A stretch of 64,000 nt of DNA from Podarcis gaigeae. Its lineage: Eukaryota. The translations under genes and the position numbers were made by a program. The DNA is taken from the NCBI GenBank assembly GCA_964106915.2, contig OZ066919.1. The stretch is one strand, 5' to 3'. The first letter of the stretch is position 1. Each line of letters begins with the position of its first letter. Shown here piece after piece: positions 56,823 to 64,000 of the stretch. The notes beneath the pieces were generated by a model. It ran no database searches and was not told where the DNA came from. It saw only the letters and a list, made by a program, of their open reading frames with translations.

Positions 56823-57467
56823 CTGGAGGGAAAGGGAAAGAAACACTGAAGTTAATATACCTCCCACTTACCTCTGTCCTCTTACTTGGCTCCTCGCTTA
56901 TTCACATGAGAGACCCTAGAACTGAGAATAGGCCTACAGGGGAACATCATGCAGTCTGGTCTTCCCTTTAACACATGTATTCTTCTTCACAATATCATGG
57001 TGGTTAAAAGAATACATTTCCCCAACCCTTGGAAGGTTTAACTAGTAGACTGATGATTCCAATCTGTGTTAGTTGTCTAATTAATTAAAACAAATTAAAA
57101 GACACAGTGAAGTGTTGTGCTTGATCACATATAGTATCTTTAAAACATAAAACAAAACACAGCTGCAGAGGTAGAAGTGAGGAGGGGTTCAAGGAGTGGC
57201 ATTGCTTGAGAAGCTCCCCACCCACAAGCAAAATCCTACTGGAGAGGAGGCAGGTGTTCAGCAACTTGCAAGGAGCGGTTTTACTGAGGCGGCGGGGGGG
57301 GGGGGGGACAACTGTTGGAGGGAAAGGGCTAAGAACTGCCTCCCCCACAGTCTTCCTCTGTAATTGCAGCTTCTGGGACTGTATTTTATTTTTGAAAAAG
57401 AAAGGGAAAGGGTGAGTGGAAGGAGAAACTACATATTGAGAAGCTGCTACCAGCACAGAGTGCTCTA

Positions 57468-57685
57468 CAGTCATACCTCGGGATAAATACACTTCAGGAT
57501 AAGTATTTTCGGGTTGCGATCCACGGCACTTGCACATGCGCAGACGGTCAAAATGGCGTCACGCGCATGAGAAGAAGTGGCGAAACACAACCCGTGCATG
57601 CGCACGCGCAGAGGCATCTTACGTTCTGTCCAGGATGTGAACAGGGCTCCGGAACGGATCCAGTTCGCATCCCGAGGTACCACTG
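57468..57685. mobile_element. Tc1/mariner (Tigger/pogo-like) MITE, CpG-rich
   Basis: TA|CAGTCATACCTCGGGAT...ATCCCGAGGTACCACTG|TA. Confidence 0.85.
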
Positions 57686-60600
57686 TAGTTCATCGTCTGC
57701 CAGAGGAAGTTGCCACCATATACTGTAACTGACCTGGTGCTCCAGAAGCCACAATAAGAAGTATATAAATATGACTAATGTAGTCAGAATATTAAAAACT
57801 GAAGGGGAATAACATTTTTGCCCCTTATGGCTTTGAGTGGGATGAGTGAACTAATAATGCCAAGGGCAAATTCACTGTGCCCCAAGCTTCCAGTCTGAAG
57901 AATGCCCCAATGGTAGCTTTGCTACAAAATAGTGCAAGTTGTGGAAGAAGTTGCCTGCCTGCCGCAGAACAGCTATATAGCAAAGGATTCTGGGAAATAT
58001 TCTACAGCGCATACTCAGTTCAGTCATAGTAATGCCCAAGCCTGTTGAGCCTCACATTCACTCTGTACAAAGTGAAAGTACACACAAGCTTCTGTGGCTG
58101 CACACTGCAGAAGCTAGGAAGTTAAACAGATAAAGCTGACTTTCAGAGACATTTGTTTGCCGTGGTTAAACTTATCATTGAGGAATATTGCACGTGTCTT
58201 CATAAAATTTTATTTATAAAGTTAACAACAAATATATCATTTGGAAATTGACAATGAATTTACATTGCTTCAGTATTGCTTCAGTAGTTTGTTAAGTAAT
58301 TTGTGTTATAAATTTAAACCATCTTTATGGTCATTGTGTTTTTTTCAAGGGATTATATCTGAGCACTCAAAGCAACCTCACAAAAACAACTACAATTCCC
58401 ACACTTCTCCAGGGGGAAATCCATGGCAGTTAAACCAATTTCATACTGGTTTGGGTCTATAGTGTAGATATTCCCTTAATCATCCTTAAAATAAGCATGT
58501 GAGGGAAGCTGTCACTATTTCCATTTTGCAGATACAGAGACACAGGCTGAGAGACAGATTACTGAACCCAAAGATAAATTCTGTTTTGACTACAATCTCC
58601 CATTTTCAAGCCATTGCAGAAGACTCTCAATGTTAGGCTTCAGGTTTATGGGGCTAATGACAACATAGCTGTCTCTTGAGGGTCAGAATCCAAGAAACAC
58701 CAATGCCTTCTAACATTTTCTTGATTTTCCCGAAACGTGTGTGGACATATCTGTCTTTAACTGGTTTAATACATGTTGCCTCTCTCCAGAAAACACCACA
58801 AACTGCAATTCCCAGGATTATTTGATGGTGGCAGCAGCAGGGATGGGGACGAGGAAGGAGTATAGACAGCTAAACTGGGGCACAACCAAAATAAGTTTGT
58901 GACACAGGTACGTCTTATGGCAGCAGCTGTGGAGCACAACAAATGGAAGGTTCATAATATGCACTGTAGGGTGCTTGCCAACTATTCCCAACTGTGTGAC
59001 TCTAGTATAGCGTTCCTCAACATGGTGTCTTCCAGGTGGGTTGGACTAAAACTCCTATCAACTCCAGCCAGCCTGAGCAATGGTCAAGGACGATGAGAGT
59101 TGTAGTCTATAAAAATATATGGGTCAAACCATCACAAGACGTGCTGAAATTTTGGGAGGTTGGAAAGTTACAATGGAATTTCCTTGTGGGCAGAGTGCTC
59201 ATTTTTATTTATTTATTTATTATTATTACTTTGTCAAAATAAAAAATAAAATTATCTTTCTACCTGGAGGGCACCAAGTGGGAGGAAGAATGCTCTACAG
59301 GATAGCCTATCCAAATATGGTTCATATTAAAATAAAAAACATTTTTCACATATTATCTTTTCCTTTTCAAATTCTCTGGCTCACCTTATTTTTAACAGAA
59401 GCAGAAAATGAGGACATAAAAACCACATATTCCACAGCCTGATAATTCTCTTGCTTATTGGTGCTTCTCCTCTTCCATCGTTCTGGGTTCTTCATCATAA
59501 ATTATATTTCTCAAACTTGGTAAGAGAGAGTTTTTGTAGACATTTTTACCACAAGCTCGCTGCTGAGCTCAACAATTCGATCCTGTCCTGCTATTTTGTC
59601 ACTTTTTGTAAGTATAAATTCTTCATTTAATGCTTCGTAGCTGTTGATTTTTATAAATATATATATATAAACCCAAGCTGATTGACAGGCATGCTTTTGG
59701 TTTCCACGCCACTCTCCCCAAAGGAACAGCTGGGATGCCAGTGAGGGAGGAGGCTATGCCAAGGAACACAGGGAGGGGACAGACACTCTGCGTCTGTCCG
59801 AGATGGGAAGAGCTGGGAGGGAAGCATCAGAGGCAGAATCCAAACCATTCCAGGCTGTTTGGGAGGCAAGGCACCAGGAGTCATGCTGAGCTCTGCTGAT
59901 CTTGACTAGGCCACCCAGGAGAGAAACCACACGTACAACCAGAATGTAGAGGAAGGGTGGGGAACACATTCAGGCCAAACTTTGAAGCCACAGGCGAAGA
60001 TGGATCCCAAAAATTAGAGGAGTCCTTCATCAGACGGTCTTTAAGTACAAAGCCTCTTTTTAAACAAGTGCCAGGAGATGGTTTTGTGCCATGTGATGGC
60101 CAGGACAGAAATATGCAGAGAGGGAGAGAGAGAGAGACCCTCTCAACAACCTTGTTCTTGTCATTGCCCAGGATGAGTGATAGTAGGAAGTGGACACTGG
60201 GAGCCTTATTTATTTATTAACAACGTTCGGAGCTGAAATGACAATACATCTGCAAGTGTTGTGAAGGGAAGAGAGGGAGATATTCCTTGTAATTAGGGTT
60301 AATTTGGAACAGGACAATCTGAAGCTTCAAAGGGGAATGAGGAAGCCTCAAATTCCAACACCCTAATTAACCAGGGAGCAACATGAAAAGACAAGGCAAA
60401 ATGAGAGAAGCTGCCAAGTATGCTTTACATGGGGCACTCTCTTGTCTGATGGGGAGGGCGTTAAACTTAGGTACTGTCACTCTATGTGCCACAGCCTCCC
60501 CTCCCCCCCAGCTGCTCCTGCTTAACCCCCCTCCCCTCCACTGAGAGAGCAGCATTGTTTGATACAAAGTTGGGGGAGGGGATTCTGGGCTACAGCGAGG

Positions 60601-62835
60601 TAGCAACAGTGAGCATGTTAATGAGGAGCCCTATGCAAATTCTTTTTTACTCCAATTAACAAAGGAAGCCCTCTCCTTTTTCATGCAAAGGGTCCCTCTC
60701 CCTCCTGATCAAACTCCCAATTGTACTGCTGCTTTGGCTTTGAGTATTAGATTGGATTATCCCTCATTCCACCCCACATGCATTGAACACGTACACACCT
60801 CAGATATGCTATATCTCACTCTCACAGCCTCCCCAGGAGCATTGAAATATCTCCAGAACAGCAGGGATGAAAACACTGGACCACATCCTTGTAAACATTA
60901 GGGTCTTCTTGTACTCAAGATTCCCAGGTTTCTTTAAGGAGAGGCTGCAAGCTCCATCCCATCAGTTGGCCCTTGCACTGTGTGGGGTCCGACAGACTTA
61001 CACTGCCCCATCTTGCTAGACAAGCCAACTGTGTAGGACACTCCTCCCCTAGCAGGGCCTCTTTGGCTCAGAGGATGCCTCACACCATGCTCCCAGAAAC
61101 ACTCCCTGTCTCCCCACAGAAGCAGAGCTGGGTACCAACAAGGGCAGCCGAAAAAGCAGAATTGGTTGGGAGCCAAGTGGAGAGATGCCCAGTAACCCAG
61201 AGCTGGCTGATCTAGGAACATCCCCACAGCACGTCCGGCAGGACTTGTGTCTAAAGGGCCTAGCCAATTTGCTTTTGCAAAAAGAGTCTGGGTTGCAAGC
61301 CTAGTGCAAGAGCATGCCTGAAAGTACCGGTGCCAACAGGGCACTGGAGCAGAGCTTCATGGCGAGGTTATTCTGTGGAAGACTTTATTTCCTGCCACTC
61401 TTTCTCATTCCTGAGAAGCCACTCCAAGCCACACCCTGGGATTCACTATGACATCCTAGTCCTAGTAGATTCCAGAGTGCTGCTTCAGCCTGGCTACATG
61501 GTCAACTGCCCTCAAGGCAAGGGTCATCTCTTAACCCAGCTGAGAAATGGGTAGCTATGTAACTGAGGAGCAGGGGAGATCAATTACCTGGTGTTGACAA
61601 AAGCAACTTATCTCAGTTCTGGGTTGCACATGCTGACACGTCTCTCCCTTTTCTCTCCCCCTAGGTTCAGCAGAGCCGCTTCCCAGGCAGTGGAACAGGC
61701 CTTCAGAATTATCCCCATAATTACAGGCTCTTGGATAAATTGCTGGGCTGGGCACCTCCTCCCTCCCAGCTGGGCCACCCAAATGCAGCCCCCTGCTCTG
61801 TTTCCACACCAGCTGGGAGGCCCAAGAGAGCTTCAATTAAAAGAGACAGGATAGGGCTCTCCTCCTAAGGGCCCACCTGGCTTGAGAAAATCTGCGGACA
61901 ATAAACTCCCCCCCCAAAGAAAACTCCAACCCTCTTCTAGGGTAAAACCTCCTCTCAACCAATTTAGCGCTACCATACTGGAGTAATCTGTTATTAAAGC
62001 TTCATAGTTATTATTATGGATATTTATGGTAGAAGGCAGAGATCCAGCCCCAAACACAAAAAAGTAAGAGATAATTTCTTGCCTCAAAGAACTGAAATTT
62101 TGGTCTGACTGGGCAAGAGGAAAGTCAGGCCCATAGAAGGAAAGGGACTGGAATTTCTCCAGCCCCACAGCAGGGGCTAAGAAGGGAACAAAACCCTTAT
62201 GCCCATCGCACCTGTGGGAAAACATCACTCCATAGACTGAACAGAAAGAGTAAGGGTGGCAAGTGAGCAGCAGACAAAGCTCTTGAGAGAATCCCTTTTC
62301 AGAGCCTTCGAAGACATTAAAAAGCCCAGCTTTTATTCAAAGCAGGATGCAATAACACAATATCCTGTCTCCAAAGCAATTCATAGTAGTTTTGCTGTGG
62401 ACATAGTTTTGTTGAAGGAGGTGACTCACCCACCACTTAGTAATAAATACATAAAGGCATCCTAAAGAGGGTGTTGCTGCAAAGAGAGTGTTCCTTGCTA
62501 ACATGCTGGAGTAGTTAAAGGGGGGGCAGGGCCCAAGCATGTGGGCAGAAGTGGGCAGAAGTGGGCCAGTGACTTTCCCCCTGGTGAAAACAGCAGCCGG
62601 GAGGTCAAGGCCACAGCAGAGACAAAGCGTAAAATTGCTACCCCAAACAGGACACCCCATCCACAGGTAAAGAAAAGCACACACAAAAGCCACTTATATA
62701 GTTAACACAATGTCTTCATTTGTGTCAAAGAGATATACACCCTTTTACATAAGATGCTCTCTCAAGAGCCACAACTTCCAGAGTTCCTATGTTCCTGTTG
62801 ACATTTCCTGTGCACACTCAAGAGAATCCAACACT

Positions 62836-63630
62836 GTTGTTGTTGTTTTAAAAATTATTTATAGTTTTCAGTTATTCATCTACTTTAATTGTATACTCTT
62901 ATGAAATTGCAGGCTATTATAATAATCCTGCCAATGTCCTTATCTGTTTACAATTTGTTTGTAAATATTTAATAAACCATTTCCATTCTTTTATAAAAAG
63001 TTTGTTATCTTGATTTCTTATTTTTTCCAGTAAGTTTTGCCATGTCTGCAAAGTCCATAAGTTTTGGTATCCATTCTTCTTTCATTGAGACTTATTTTTC
63101 CATTTTTGGTCAAATAACATTTTTGCTGCTGTAGTCGCATACATTAATAAATTTCTATACTGTTTAGGTAGCTCTATCCCATGGATAGGCAAACTAAGGC
63201 CCCGGGGCTGGATCCAGCCCAATCGCCTTCTAAATCCTGCCCGTGGGCGGTCTGGGAATCAGAGTGTTTTTACATGAGTAGAATGTATCCTTTTATTTAA
63301 AGCCTCTCTGGGTTATTTGTGGGGCATAGGAATTCATTCATTTCTCCCCCCCCCCCACCCCAGAATATAGTCTGGCCCACCACATGGTCTGAGGGATGGT
63401 GGACTGGCCCATGGCTGAAAAATGTTGCTGATCCCTGCTCTATCCCTGTAATTCCCAGAATAAAAGCTTCTAGTTTTTTGTTGTGTTTTTTTTAATGTTA
63501 TTTTGAGCATCTTTTTCAATTCATTATATATCATTTCCCAATAAGCTTTAACCTTAACTGCAAGACCACCACATACGATGGTCTTTAAACATAAAATCCC
63601 AATAGACAAGAATCCAACACTTTTGGCATC
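62836..63630 (-). mobile_element. L1-clade LINE 3' end (ORF2 C-terminus), interrupted by a MITE
   Basis: Degenerate - strand translation HRMWWSC..KVKAYWEMIYNELKKML...LLMYATTAAKML...EEWIPKLMDFADMAKL...EWKWFIKYL, typical of the L1 ORF2 C-terminus. A-rich tail near 62836. Confidence 0.75.
63180..63437. mobile_element. hAT-family MITE nested in the L1 fragment
   Basis: Ends CATGGATAGGCAAAC...GTTGCTGATCCCTG. Perfect 8-bp TSD CTCTATCC at 63172-63179 and 63438-63445. Confidence 0.88.
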
Positions 63631-64000
63631 TGACTGTCAGAAGGAGGGATGAACAAGCACTGTACCAACCAGGGACAGCAAGACAAGAATGCTGCTTGAT
63701 AGGATTTGCAGGTTTCAGAACATACGTCAGCAAACATATTAGGCCTCTAGCCTTCACAATGTGTAGAACTTACAGTAGGTCCATGACAAGGGAACACAGT
63801 GCCTATACAGCATTTAGTGTGAGATATACCCACCCACCCACCCACACCCATATTGCCACATCTGGCTATAAATACAAATCAGGCAGCCACTAATAGAAAG
63901 AGCCTCCTTAGTTCCCATTATTTATGCTAACATATTCCAATCAAGCCTCTAATTTTTCAAAATAGACAAAGCCTTTTGTGGGGGGTTGGGAGAAGAGGGA

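Noticed and set aside
61833-62228. Possible PTCH2 exon 2 (FFVFGAG)
   Set aside because: Lacks the APLWLRA/GKVLF/LWVE motifs and proper splice sites; exons 1-2 lie outside the window.

Overview
Vertebrate genomic DNA, almost certainly a squamate and probably a lacertid lizard, judging from BovB, Squam2/Squam3-like SINEs and lizard-type hAT and Tc1/mariner MITEs. Three spliced protein-coding genes were reconstructed by hand from splice sites and translation. (1) UROD exons 1-3 on the - strand; the rest lies left of the window. (2) Complete 21-exon HECTD3 on the + strand, 857 aa, head-to-head with UROD. (3) PTCH2 exons 3-23 on the - strand, convergent with HECTD3; exons 1-2 lie right of the window. 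PTCH2 keeps a long PTCH1-like two-exon C-terminal tail. EIF2B3, which separates HECTD3 and PTCH2 in human, was not found; an unexplained CpG-island promoter (~24.1-25.4 kb) sits in the gap instead. Introns carry many TE fragments, several with intact target-site duplications. No prokaryotic-type system (CRISPR, operon) is present, and I found no clearly novel multi-gene system. The best leads are the orphan CpG island and rearranged gene order, the PTCH2 tail, candidate GLI/SOX/POU enhancers, and candidate micro/poison exons.
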